Assembly: GCA_951406725.2 (NCBI GenBank)
Contig: OX597821.1
Location: 18,290,001 to 18,354,000, forward strand
Source: Octopus vulgaris
Lineage: Eukaryota
Reading direction: 5' to 3'
Length of the DNA stretch: 64,000 nucleotides
The first letter of the stretch is position 1, and each line of letters begins with the position of its first letter. The notes below the pieces were generated by a model. The model did not search any database and had not been told where the DNA came from. It saw only the letters and a list, made by a program, of their open reading frames with translations. A program made the translations under genes and the position numbers. Shown piece after piece: positions 1-11,820 of the stretch.

Positions 1-815
1 AAACTGAAGGAGGATCTCAGGTCCCACCCCTACAAGATGATCCACCGTCATTAGCTCATGCAAGTTTAAGGATATAAGACTAGAGAGAAGTCATCTTGTC
101 CTGTGTCAGGTTGCTGAAGGTATCCAAACTGGAGTTCACTGATGAAAAGAAATTTGACATCAAACAGACAATAAACCACCAGAATGAATGACTTTGGAGT
201 GTATCTGGCTCCATTGAGAGTAGACTTGTAAATCTACAGTGGCTGTGACAGCCACTGGAAGGTCTCCCCTTGTTTTCGTGCTCTCAGGTGTAAAAAATTA
301 ACACCCTGTGATACATTAGCGACATTCTGGAAGCTGAACTGCTTCCGTGGGTGAATGAGCACTTTCAAGGCACCCGTTGGAGCCTCCAACAGGTCTCAGC
401 ACCATCCCACAGTTTCAAACAGACACAACACTGAGTTCAGAAAAACATTCTGTTGTTCATAGGCAAGGATGTATGGCCCTCAAGAAGCCCCAATTTCAAC
501 CGGTTGGATTTTTCTGTTTGGTCCATTTTGGAGATGAAGGTCTTGAGCACTCCTCATGCTTCGCTCAACACTCTGAAGGTAAAACTGCACCAGGAATGGG
601 CTTCAATTCCACAAGAACAGCCGCGTGTCACATGTGAAGCATTCAACCTCGACTTAAAGCTGTGATTCAAAACAGAGGTGGTTATATCAAATAAATGTGG
701 TACTGTCATAATTGTGTTTCCTTTACCATTGCAAAGCAACACTCAAACCCAAAATATAACAACGGTTTGCTCTGGCAAAATTGAAAAATGTTTGCCTTAA
801 TTTGGGGACACCTTG
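1..815 (+). mobile_element. Degenerate Tc1/mariner-superfamily (maT/DD37D-like) transposase remnant with 3' TIR
   Basis: Broken frames give FTDEKKF, PLVFV..GVK, WSLQQ..APSH and WPSRSPNFNRLDFSVW (SPDLNPLD-like). Ends GGACACCTTG|TA. Confidence 0.8.
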
Positions 816-1390
816 TATAGGGGGAACAAAATTTGATCAAAATTTATTGCATAAGCTATTGCTCTATTATGCAATCCAAGCATTTCCTATGAGTGGCAGC
901 ACATGAAACAATTCCTGCCTTAAGATACATTGCTTACATGTCTGGACAGATTTTTTTCTTTCCTTCTAGTAACTTTTCCTGCACAACCTGTACATCCCTT
1001 CTTGTAGGACCCTTAACTAGGAAGAGAGAAACCTTACATCATCTTTCATGCTTTTTAACTAGTTCTGAACACTTTTCTATTCTTTGGCTTCTCTTCACTA
1101 GATTTAATGTTTGGCTACTTGCAGTGAGTTCTTCAAAAAGATCAACACTACAATCTAGGTAAGGTTTCTTTGGTTGATGTCACCGTTCTTAAACTATCCA
1201 TACACTGCTTTCTAATTTTGGTACAAGGCCAACAAATTTGAGGGAAAGGGCAAGTCAGTTACATCGACCCCCAAATACATGACTGGTGTTTTATTTTATT
1301 GACCTTGAAAGAATGAAAGGCAAAGTTGATCTTGGCAGAATTTGAACTCAGAACATAAAGCTGGAAAAAATGTTAAGTATTTCAGCCAAC

Positions 1391-2782
1391 AGGCGAACTC
1401 AGCACACACCCCCTCGGGCATGTGGCCCTGCTCGATCTGTAGGAAAGGTGTAGGTAGAAACTCCATAAGATGCACCCAATGTAAGCTATGGACGCACAAG
1501 AGGTGCAGCAACATTAAAGGGAAATTAACAGATAAGATAGCTTTCATGTGCAGCAGATGCACAGGGACAATAGACACCACAGACACTCAGAAAACAGATT
1601 CCATCACACTCCAGGGAGAGAAACTAGAAGTAGTTGATAGTTTCCGCTACCTGGGTGACCAAGTTAGTAGTGGAGGTGGATGCACAGAGAGTATCACCAC
1701 TAGAATACGAATAGCCTGGGCAAAGTTCAGAAAGCTCCTACCCCTACTGGCGACAAAGGGTCTCTCCCTCAGAGCGAAAGGTAGATTGTATGATGCGTGT
1801 GTGCGAACTGCCATGCTTCACGGTAGTGAAACATGGGCTGTGACTGCAGAGGACATGCGTAGACTTGAAAGAAATGAAGCTAGCATGATCTGCTGGATGT
1901 GTAATGTCAGTGTGCATGCACGACAGAGTGTAAGCACCCTGAGAGAAATACTGGATATAAGAAGCATCAGATGTGGTGTGCAAGAGCGACACTTGTGATG
2001 GTATGGTCATGTGCTGCGGATGGATGAGGAGAGATGTGTGAAGAAGTGCCACTCTCAAACAGTTGAAGGTATCAGGGGGAGAGGTAGGCCCAGGAAGACA
2101 TGGGATGAGGTAGTCAAGCATGACCTCAGAGCGTTGGGCCTCACTGAGGCAATGGCGAAGGACTGAGATCTCTGGAGATATGCTGTGACTGCAAAGACCC
2201 GGGCTGCTTCCTGCATCAGTTCCGCATAGCCCCTGCCCATTCAAAGTACCCCGGATCCCAGAACGTCCCGCTGTGCTTGAGGAGACCTGTTGAGTCATGA
2301 ACATGAACGTCAAAATAAATATCAATGGAAATAGTAGTTGTGATGCCTGTTCCGGTGGCACATAAAAAGCACCATCCGAACGTGGCCGATGCTAGCGCCG
2401 CCCCGACTGGCTCCTGTATGCCGGTGGCACATAAAAAGCACTATCCGAACGTGGCCGATGCCAGCGCCGCCCTGACTGGCACATAAAAAGCACCATCCGA
2501 ACGTTGCCAGCTTGGCTGGCTTCCGTGCCGCTGGCACGTTAAAAGCTCCAACTGATCGTGATCGATGCCGGACCCCCCCTGGCACCTGTGCAGGTGGCAC
2601 GTAAAAAGCACCCACTACACTCGCGGAGTGGTTGGCGTTAGGAAGGGCATCCAGCTGTAGAAACTCTGCCAGATCAGACTGGAGCCTGGAGCAGCCCCTG
2701 GCTTCCCAGAACCCGGTCAAACAGTCCAACCCGTGCTAGCGCGGAAAACGGACGTTAAACGATGATGATGACGATGATGATG
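1391..2782 (+). mobile_element. 5'-truncated RTE-clade LINE (RT C-terminus, 3'UTR, (GAT)n tail)
   Basis: ORF 1342-1998 has EVVDSFRYLG, RIRIAWAKF and LHGSETW, continuing with stops into WYGHVLRM and GRPRKTW. The 3'UTR has TGGCAC(A/G)TAAAAAGCACC repeats and ends in a GATGATGATG tail. Confidence 0.9.
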
Positions 2783-3144
2783 CAAATGATTGTGCCTGCT
2801 CATCATCTTAAAAGACTGATTTCAAATTTTGGCAAAAGGCCAGCAATTTCAATGGAGGGGTGTAAGTTGATTACATCGTCACTAGGACTCCACTGGTATT
2901 TATTTTATCAACCTCGAAAGGATCAAAGGAACAGTCGACCATGACAGAATTTGAACTTAGAATGCATAGTCAAAGTGAGTATCAAAACAATCCTCTCTGT
3001 GAGTGTTCCTTTGGAAGCCTCTTCTTATTTGCCAACATGCACATTTACATTAAACATATTCACTATAAGTGAATCACATCGCTTGGATACCAACCTGCCC
3101 AAGACTGCTCCAGCTCCCACGATACATACTTCTAGTTCAAATTA

Positions 3145-4316
3145 ATCATCATCCTCATCATCATCATCGTTTAACGTCTGCTTTCCATGCTAGCATGGGT
3201 TGGACAATTTGCCTGAGGACTGGTGAACCAAATGGCTGCACCAGGCTCCAATCTGATCTGGCAGTGTTTCTACAGCTGGATGCCCCTCCTAACGCCAACC
3301 ACTCCAAGAGTGTAGTGGGTGCTTTTACGTGCCACTGGCACGAGGGCCAGTCAGGCAGTACTGGCAACAGCCATGCTCAAATGGTGCTTTTTACATACCA
3401 CCTGCACTGGCAATGACCTTGTTCGAATGTTTTTTCACATGCCACCGGCACAAGTGCCAGTAAGGCGACGCTGGTAACGATCATGCACAAATGGTGCTTT
3501 TTATGTGCCACCTGCATGGAAGCCAGTTAGCTGCTCTGCCAATGATCACACTCGGATGATGCTCTTAGCACTCCACTAGCACAGATGCCTGTCATCAAAT
3601 TTGATTTCAATTTCGATTTCACTTGCCTCAACAGGTCTTCACAAGCAGAGTTTAGAGTCCAATGAAGGAAAGGTATGCATAAGTGAACTAGTTACACCCC
3701 TGGCATAGGCCACGAGGTTATGGTCTCACTTGGCTTGCTGTGTCTTCTCAAGTACAGCATATTTCCAAAGGTCTCGGTCACTAGTCATTGCCTTGGTGAA
3801 GCCTACTGTTCGAAGGTCATGCTTCACCACCTCATCGCAGGTCTTCCTGGGTCTACCTCTTCCACAGGTTCCCTCAACTGCTAGGGTGTGGCACTTTTTC
3901 ACACAGCTATCCTCATCCATTCTTGCCACATGACCATACCAGCGCAGTTGTCTCTCTTGCACACCACATCTGATGCTTCTTAGGTCCAACTTTTCTCTAA
4001 AGGTACTTACACTCTGTCGAGTATGCACACTGACATTACACATCCAGCGGAGCATACTGGCTTCATTCCTTGTGAGCTTACGCATGTCCTCAGCAGTCAT
4101 AGCCCATGTTTCACTGCCATGTAGCATGGCTGTTCGTACACATGCATCATACAGTCTACCTTTTACTCTGAGCCAGAGGCCCTTTGTCACCAGCAGAGGT
4201 AAGAGCTCTCTGAACTTTGCCCAGGCTATTCTTATTCTAGCAGCTACACTTTCAGCACACCCTCCCCCGCTACTGACTTGGTCACCTAAGTAACGGAAGC
4301 TATCAACTACTTCTAA
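3145..4316 (-). mobile_element. 5'-truncated RTE-clade LINE
   Basis: ORF 3726-4343 (LEVVDSFRYLG...GSETW...RWYGHVARM...GRPRKT) with the same 3'UTR and (GAT)n tail as 1391-2782. Confidence 0.9.
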
Positions 4317-4518
4317 ATTAAAATTTCCTTTTTTAAATTTCATGTTAATTTATGTTCCAATTACCAGCTTAATAAATAGTTGAAGTAATTACAATGCAGT
4401 TCAACAGAAATATGGTAACAAAAGAATTAAGGGGAAGACATTTTTGAAACAGAAATTCTCCAGAATTGAGAGATTAATTGATATATATATATATATATAT
4501 CTGTATATAGTAGAGTGT

Positions 4519-4855
4519 GAAGGAGCATGGCTCAGTTGCTAGCGCATCGGGCGCGCAATCATGAGGTAGTAAGTTTGATTTCCAGACTGGAAATCAGAAG
4601 CAAGACACTTTATTTCACATTGCTCCAGTTCGTTCAGCTGTGGAAATGAGTCGCATGTCACTGGTGCCAATCTGGTATCAGCCCCTTTGCCTTTTCCCTT
4701 GAGTAACATCAATGGTGATGTGGAGAGAGGATGCTGGTATGCATGGGTGATTGCTGGTATGCAATAAGCAACCTTGCCCAGACTTGTGCCTCAAAGGGGA
4801 ACTTTCTATGTGCAATCTCATGGTCACTCATGACTGAAAGGGATCTTTAACCTTT
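4519..4855 (+). mobile_element. tRNA-derived SINE with 11-bp TSD
   Basis: Box A-like TGGCTCAGTTG and box B-like AGTTTGATTTCC. TAGTAGAGTGT is duplicated at 4508-4518 and 4856-4866. Confidence 0.65.
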
Positions 4856-5091
4856 TAGTAGAGTGTAGAGAGAAAAGAAACAATACAGATAACAGCCATA
4901 AAGTAAGTCAGACATTTGCAAATGAAAGCTTGGGCAAGCTCTTTCAGTCTCTAAGTAACTGCACCTCCACTGTGTATTTATTGTACTTAGTCGTTCTAAC
5001 CCCTACACCACCACTGTATAGTTACCCACTCCATCCTCAAATCATTAGTTGCCTTCTTTTTCTTCCCTCAGTCACCACACTATATTATCTA

Positions 5092-5321
5092 TTTCTTTTT
5101 CTACCCACAAGGGGCTAAACATGGAGGGGACAAACAAGGACAGATAAATGGATTAAGTTGATTATATCGACATCAGTGCGTAACTGGTACTTAATTTCTC
5201 GGCCCCGAAAGGATGAAAGACAAAGTTGACCTCGGCGGAATTTGAACTCAGAACGTAACGGCAGACAAAATACGGCTACGTATTTCGCCTGGCATGCTAA
5301 CGATTCTGCCAGCTCGCCACC
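5092..5321 (-). mobile_element. SINE family B (Meta-domain-like), with TSD
   Basis: Head GGCGAGCTGGCAGAA...GAGTTCAAATTCC and central CTTTCATCCTTTCGGGG...AAGTACCAG. CACCACACTATATTA is duplicated at 5073-5087 and 5326-5340. Further copies near 10153, 11170, 12074-12525, 12897, 29680, 31209, 58606, 59120, 59817, 61690 and 62110. Confidence 0.85.
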
Positions 5322-5851
5322 ATCCCACCACACTATATTACCATTGTTTCTCTTACCATCACCACATTTCTTTATTTCCCACTCCACAAATACATCCTCC
5401 AAGTGCCCACCCCACAGCACAAACAATCTACCCAGCCCAGCACCTTTCCATCCATCCAGTCTTTGAATGTAATGTCACTGTAGTGCCTGCATGAGCAATG
5501 TAGGTTATGTGTTCTGTATATAACCTGCCAGATACACCTACTTAACAACCTAGACACCTCTAGCAGCAGCAGCAGTAGCATTTCTGCTATCTCCAGAAGC
5601 AAACACTCTCAAGGGTAACAAAGAAGCCTCAACATGTTCACATTGGTTTCAAATTTTAGTACAAGGCCAGCAATTTCGGGGGGGGGGGGAGGTAAGTCAA
5701 TGACATCAACCCCAGTACTCAACTGGCACTTATTTTATCAACCCCAAAAGGGTGAAAGGCACATTGCCAACAAAAAGTAGCAGCAAAATCTCCCTCAAAT
5801 CACACCTTACTGTCTTGTACCATATTTTTGGGCACACAAGCCAGCATAGTA

Positions 5852-6403
5852 TGTAGTTTAATAAAGGGGCATATAAACCCTCGACAGAAAAAAGAAGGCT
5901 TTCCTATCCACGTGGGACATAAATCCACATCCCTTTGTTAACGTGACTAAGTGTGTTACCTTTACACTGCAAATTAGCCTCCCTGTTTCTGTCAAATTTA
6001 AGAACTATATGAGTTCGTATTTGTTTTAAGTAAACAAACTCTCTATATGCTTTCGGTACAAATGGTTTCAGCACAGTGTTTTACAATCCTGTAAATAATA
6101 ATAACGGTATTTATGTAAGCTTAAAGCTTTTGGCAATCACTGTGCAATGGCTAAAGAAAATAGTCTAATAAAGGGGCATATCTTTTACTTGTTTCAGTCA
6201 TTAAACTGAGATTATGCTGGTTCATGTCCCACGCAGATAGGAAAGCCTTCTTTTTTCTGTCGAGGGCTTAAATGCCCCTTTATTAAACTATTTTCCTTAG
6301 CCATTGCACAGTGATTGACATAAGCTTTAAGCTTATATAAATACCATTATTATTATTTACAGGACTGTAAAACCTGATGCCGTATAACAAAACCATTTGC
6401 ACC
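5852..6403. repeat. Unit containing a tRNA-like segment plus its inverted partial copy
   Basis: TAATAAAGGGGCATA is directly repeated at ~5859 and ~6166. 6224-6403 is the reverse complement of 5853-5920 joined to 6054-6180. Confidence 0.7.
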
Positions 6404-6411
6404 AATATATA

Positions 6412-7095
6412 TCTATATATATATATATATATAAAACTCAACTTGTGTGTCTGTGTGTTTAACTTCCCGGCACATCTCCTCCTAGCCAACAAATCGTAGA
6501 ACCACCAAAAATGGGTCACTTAAAGTTTAGGCGAGTGAAAATTGAACTGCGCTATTTCTGTTCCGAAATTCATCTCGCAAGTGCAAAAATCGATAACGTG
6601 TTTGTTTAGGCCTTATCCCATGAATTGAATAGTGAACTTTACTCAGTCAGCTTTTTGACATGAACTGTGTTCACCACACGTGCAAGTATGCGTAAATTGC
6701 ATGAAAAATAAAATATATATATATATAAAGCTGAAGTTGGCAGGTTTGATAGCCTTTAACTAACACTATCTCCTCCAAGACCTTGCGGCGCAAGTTGACC
6801 ACAATTGAGAGTATGATAGAAGAAAGATTGCTCTTCATTCTGTAGAAGAAAAAATTCAAATCGGAGCGTGTTAGGACCAAAAATTATTTACATCAAAAAG
6901 GTGCTTTTTTTTCTATGGAAATCTCTATTTTTTATGATTTTTTGACTGCTGTGTTGCCATTTTTCGGTGTATTCAAACCAGTAAGATGTTCACTTAAAGA
7001 GAATAACAAGCTACATAATGCAAAATTTTTAATTTTCAAAAATTCCAATTCTAAAGGGTCGAAACAAAATCGAGCAATGCTGGGCGATACTGCTA

Positions 7096-7096
<1 letters not shown>
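6412..7096 (+). mobile_element. Non-autonomous Helitron-like element
   Basis: A|TC 5' end followed by (TA)n-AAAAC. 3' end CTAG|T preceded by a short GC-rich hairpin-like motif (CGAGCAATGCTGGG). No TSD, inserted at AT. Confidence 0.65.
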
Positions 7097-7124
<28 letters not shown>

Positions 7125-7127
<3 letters not shown>

Positions 7128-7523
7128 TCTTTTACTTGTTTCAGTCATTTGACTGTGGCCATGCTGAAGCACCACCTTTTAGTCGAGCAAATCGACCCTA
7201 GGACTTATTCTTTGTAAGCCTAGTACTTATTCTCTCGGTCTCTTTTGCCGAACCGCTAAGTTACAGGGACGTAAACACACTAGCATCGGTTGTCAAGTGA
7301 TGTTGGGGGGACAAACACAGACACACAAACATATACACATACACATACATATATATATATACATATATACGACAGGCTTCTTTCAGTTTCCGTCTACCAA
7401 ATCCACTCACAAGGCTTTGGTCGGCCCGAGGCTATAGTAGAAGACACTTGCCCAAGATGTCACGCAGTGGGACTGAACCCAGAACCATGTGGTTTGTAAG
7501 CAAGCTACTTACCACACAGCCAC
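7125..7523 (-). mobile_element. SINE family A (tRNA head, internal microsatellite, GTAAAAGA tail)
   Basis: Minus strand reads GTGGCTGTGTGGTAAG...GGGTTCAGTCCC...CAGCATGGCCACAGTCAAATGACTGAAACAAGTAAAAGAG. Confidence 0.88.
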
Positions 7524-7589
7524 TATATGATTTTTATTTTTTAATGTAAGAAAATAAAAGAAACATTACAGCATTCACCAACTTAAAAA

Positions 7590-8005
7590 AGGATATTGTC
7601 CAGAAAAGTTGCAGGAGATTCTGAAATCATCTGGAGGCTGTGGCTGAAGCCAATGGTCATTTTATTGAATAAATTTACTCTTTAGTATTTCAAGATAATA
7701 GAGGCATAATGTCGCCATCACTAGTTATCACTCCAAACACCATAATGTTGACTGGATGTTTGATTTTTATCATTCTCAGTACAAGTCCTCAGATTGACGC
7801 CCAAACACTCTGAAACGTTAATATTGGAGCTTCTGGCATGAATGCCAAGCAGTACAGCATTTCCAAATTTCTGGCAGAGTGAATTGCGTCATGTGTTGTT
7901 TTTCTTACAGACAGTGCCCAACTGACCCTACTATACCGTGCAGTCGACAAAATCAAAAACAAACAATGCACATGCATGAAATTAAAAATACTCATCGCAC
8001 TCTGT
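7590..8005. mobile_element. Rearranged maT-like transposon remnant
   Basis: 7604-7697 matches the reverse complement of ~22925-23020. 7698-8005 matches ~23345-23680 in the same orientation. Confidence 0.7.
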
Positions 8006-8546
8006 GTATACACACACACACACTCACACATACTATACATACAAATATAAACAGAGAGACAAATAGATAAATACAAAGGTAGATATTTAGACAGATAGAT
8101 AACTATGTAAATGAAATCTGCACTTATGCCCTAAATGCAGAACCACTCCTGTGATATGTTAAGTACTTCTGTCAGTCAGAATTAAGGACTGGTATATCTT
8201 TTTTTTATCTTCTATCTTTTACTTGTTTCAGTCATTAGAATGAGGTCATGCTGGGGCACCACCATCAACAGCTTAGTCAAGCATATTGACCCCAGTACTT
8301 TTTTTTCCTTTGCTAAACTGTTATGAGGACATAAATAAACAAACACCAGTAGTCAAGTAGTGGTGGGGGGTAGACAAATATACCCCCCACACACACACGG
8401 TGGGCTTCTTTCAGTTTCTATCTACCAACTCCACTCACAAGGCTTTGGTTGGCTCAGAGCTACAGTAGAAGGCACTCACCTGAGGTGCTGCACATTGTGA
8501 CTGAACCCCAAGACCGCATGGTTGGGAAGCAAACTTCTTAACCATA

Positions 8547-8957
8547 GGCGCAGGAGTGGCTGTGTGGTAAGTAGCTTGCTTACCAACCACATGGTTCTGG
8601 GTTCAGTCCCACTGCGTGGCACCTTGGGCAAGTATCTTCTACTATAGCCTCGGGCCGACCAATGCCTTGTGAGTGGATTTGGTAGACGGAAACTGAAAGA
8701 AGCCTGTCGTATATATGTATATATATATATATGTGTATGTATGTGTGTGTGTGTTTGTCTCCCTAGTATTGCTTGGCAACCGATGCTGGTGTGTTTATGT
8801 CCCCGTTACTTAGCAGTTCGGCAAAAGAGACCGATAGAATAAGTACTGGGCTTACAAAAGAATAAGTCCCGGGGTCGAGTTGCTCGATTAAAGGCAATGC
8901 TCCAGCATGGCCGCAGTCAAATGACTGAAACAAGTAAAAGAGTAAAAGAGTAAAGAG
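8547..8957 (+). mobile_element. SINE family A, full length
   Basis: GGCGCAGGAGTGGCTGTGTGGTAAG head, GGTTCAGTCCC box B and (GTAAAAGA)n tail. Abuts a diverged opposite-strand copy at ~8210-8545. Confidence 0.9.
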
Positions 8958-9667
8958 AGTACAGCTATGTCTGCACCTATAGTTGACAAGGATCCAATGA
9001 ATACAAAAAAAAATCAATTCAGGCCTTCTCCCTATAGAATAATATCCCCAACTGCAGACAGTTGGAGGATTGATGAGGCAACTGACAAGAGATCCAAGAC
9101 TGAGAGAGAGAGGCAGCTAATTATATGTCTTCATCATAATTTAATGCCCAGGTTTCATGGGTTAGATGGTTTGACAGGATTTGATGGGTCCAAGAACCAC
9201 ATCATGCTCCAGTGTCTGCGTTTCTGTAGCAAGGTGCCCTTCTTGATGCCAACAACTTTTCATGTGGCCAACACTAATGAGATCAACATGCAACTCACAA
9301 GTTTACAAAACCTGTGGAATGGGAGTGGGTGGGGTGATTTTATGCCAGATGGGGGCGGTTACAGTATAAAAGAAGGGTTTGAGGTTGAGTAGATTCTTGT
9401 AGAGGAGCTACATGGCAACTCGCATTGGGAAAGAGAATGATGTGATCATATAGGTAATACGGAAAGCAATGTAGTCAATGACTATAAAAGCAAATGATTA
9501 GAAGATTTTGAAAGTAGAATGTTTTAATTGAACAGATATGAGGACATTTATTTCATTCACAGAACAGCATCAATAACAGCAGTAACAACATCAAGAACAA
9601 CAACCATCAAAACTATTATTATTAATACAATAGCATAATATAAAAAAAAAAAAAGGATGTAACTTAC

Positions 9668-9822
9668 AGCTTTATCTCCTCCAGCACATAATGAGCGCCT
9701 CTGTTCAAATTCTTCTATCTTGGTATCACTAAACTTGTCCGAGCTTGCAACAACATAGTGGCGTGGATAATATTTTTCAGTGAGTCCACTCAACAGACGT
9801 ATCATCTCCATTGTGTGACCCC
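9668..9822 (-). CDS. ALG14: ALG14 coding exon 2
   Basis: Polypyrimidine tract and acceptor ttttctgttgaccag|GG GGT CAC ACA ATG. Encodes (G)GHTMEMIRLLSGLTEKYYPRHYVVASSDKFSDTKIEEFE...DKA, then donor |GTAAGT. Splices in frame to exon 1, giving GSGGHTxEM..L...Y.PR.YV.A..D..S, the ALG14 signature. Confidence 0.93.
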
Positions 9823-11427
9823 CTGGTCAACAGAAAAAAAAACAGGACAGTTAAATAAGATGAGAATTTATCATGCTGAAATATTTTACATAACTCGATA
9901 TTGATGTTTATTAACTCACAACCCAAATTGAGTAAACCTGTCTCTGAAGGCATTCTATTCATGACCATCTCACCTTTATTCTATATCTCAAACCAAATCA
10001 CTATCCAAAATGTCCTGACCTCTTTAAAACATTACACATTGTGCCCAGATTGGCTAATTCAGGGAAAAAATTGTATCTCGGGTTAAAATAATCACCTGAT
10101 AGTGGCTGAGGGCTTGTTTGAACCACAATTTTAAGGGTTATCAGCTGTAACCTATTTCTTTATTACCCACAAGGGGCTAAACATAGAGTGGACAAACAAG
10201 GACAGACAGACGGATTAAGTCGATTACACTGACCCCAGTGCGTAACTGGTACTTAATTTTATTGACCCCGAAAGGATGAAAGGCAAAGTCGACCTCGGTG
10301 GAATTTGAACTCACAACGTAACGGCAGACGAAATACAGCTAAGCATTTCGACCAGTGTGCTAACGACTCTGCTAGTTAGAACCAAAATCATTTGTTTTTT
10401 CTTCGTTTATGGGGGTCTGGGTTAAAATAACCAAATCAGGGCATATCGACCAAAATTGCCTTTTTGGTGTATTGCGGTTAAAAATGATTATCTGCAAGAT
10501 CTCACCAGCTTTCAATCAAAGATAACATCCATGACATCTTCAGAAGAATGTCTGTCGTGTCACATCCAGCAATTGCTTCGAAACATCCCAACCCAAGTTG
10601 TTCTGTTTGTGGTGAAGTTGGTCACACAGCTCGTTCTTCCAAACATAAGAAGGTGTCTGCTTTGACAGAAGAGCAATCAAGAATCGAAACACTATATTAC
10701 TGTGTGCTCCATGTTACACAAATTTATTGTTTGGCGTTGTTGCTTCAATATTTGTTGTGAAAAATAAGTGATCAGTTTTTACAATTTGGTGCAAATGATT
10801 CTGATCTTCTTTGTGAATTATAGAGGTGGTGGTGGTTTTCATTGTGTTTTTACCTTTTTTTTTCTTTTGGAGGAGTAGACTATGGTAAATTTGTAAGTAT
10901 TGTAAGTATTGAATGACACTGCTTGTATCATAGTGACAATCGTTTACAACTATTACACGAAATCAAAATAGGTGGCGACACCGACACACATGATGGGCTT
11001 CTTCCAGTTACCATCTATCAAATCCATACACAAGACTTTGGTTGATCAGGGCTAAAGCAGAAGACACTGGCCCCAGGTGCTACACAGTGGGATTGAACTT
11101 GAAACCACATAGTTGGGAAACCAACTTCTCAATAACATAGCCAAGTCGGCACCTAACACATTTCCTATGTTATTGGTTTCAAATTTTGGTACAAGTCCAG
11201 CAATTTCAGGAGAAGGGCTAAGTCAATTATATCAACCCCAGTGCTCAATTGGTACTTATTTTAATGACTCCAAAAGGATGGAAGGCAAAGTCAACCTTGG
11301 TAGAATTTGAACTCAGAACGTAAAGATGGACGAAATGCTGCAAAGCATTTTGCCCAGTGTGCTAACGATTCTGCCAGCTCACCACCTCATATTATTGATA
11401 AACACAATATATCAACTCCTTTATGAA

Positions 11428-11820
11428 TATACTCTTTACTCTTTTACTTGTTTCAGTCATTTGACTGCGGCCATGCTGGAGCACCGCCTTTAATCGAGCA
11501 ACTCGACCCCGGGACTTATTCTTTTGTAAGCCCAGTACTTATTCTATTGGTCTCTTTTGCCAAACCGCTAAGTAACAGGGACACAGCAGCATCGGTTGTC
11601 AAGCAATGCTAGGGGGACAAACACAGACACGCATATATATATATATACATATATACGATGGGCTTCTTTCAGTTTCTGTCTACCAAATCCACTCACAAGG
11701 CTTTGGTTGGCCTGAGGCTATAGTAGAAGACACTTGCCCAAGGTGCCACGCAGTGGGACTGAACCCAGAACCATGTGGTTGGTAAACAAGCTACTTACCA
11801 CACAGCCACTCCTGCGCCTA
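11428..11820 (-). mobile_element. SINE family A, full length
   Basis: Near reverse complement of 8547-8957. Other copies at ~12612, 15226, 24625, 39645, 55215 and 63175. Confidence 0.9.

Noticed and set aside
893-1190. Possible ALG14 exon 3 or other coding exon
   Set aside because: No IPRSREV or NGPGTC similarity in the minus frame I translated, which also has stops.
10500-10550. Minus-strand CTGAAGA...GAAA
   Set aside because: Stems I and III do not form, and it overlaps a coding remnant.
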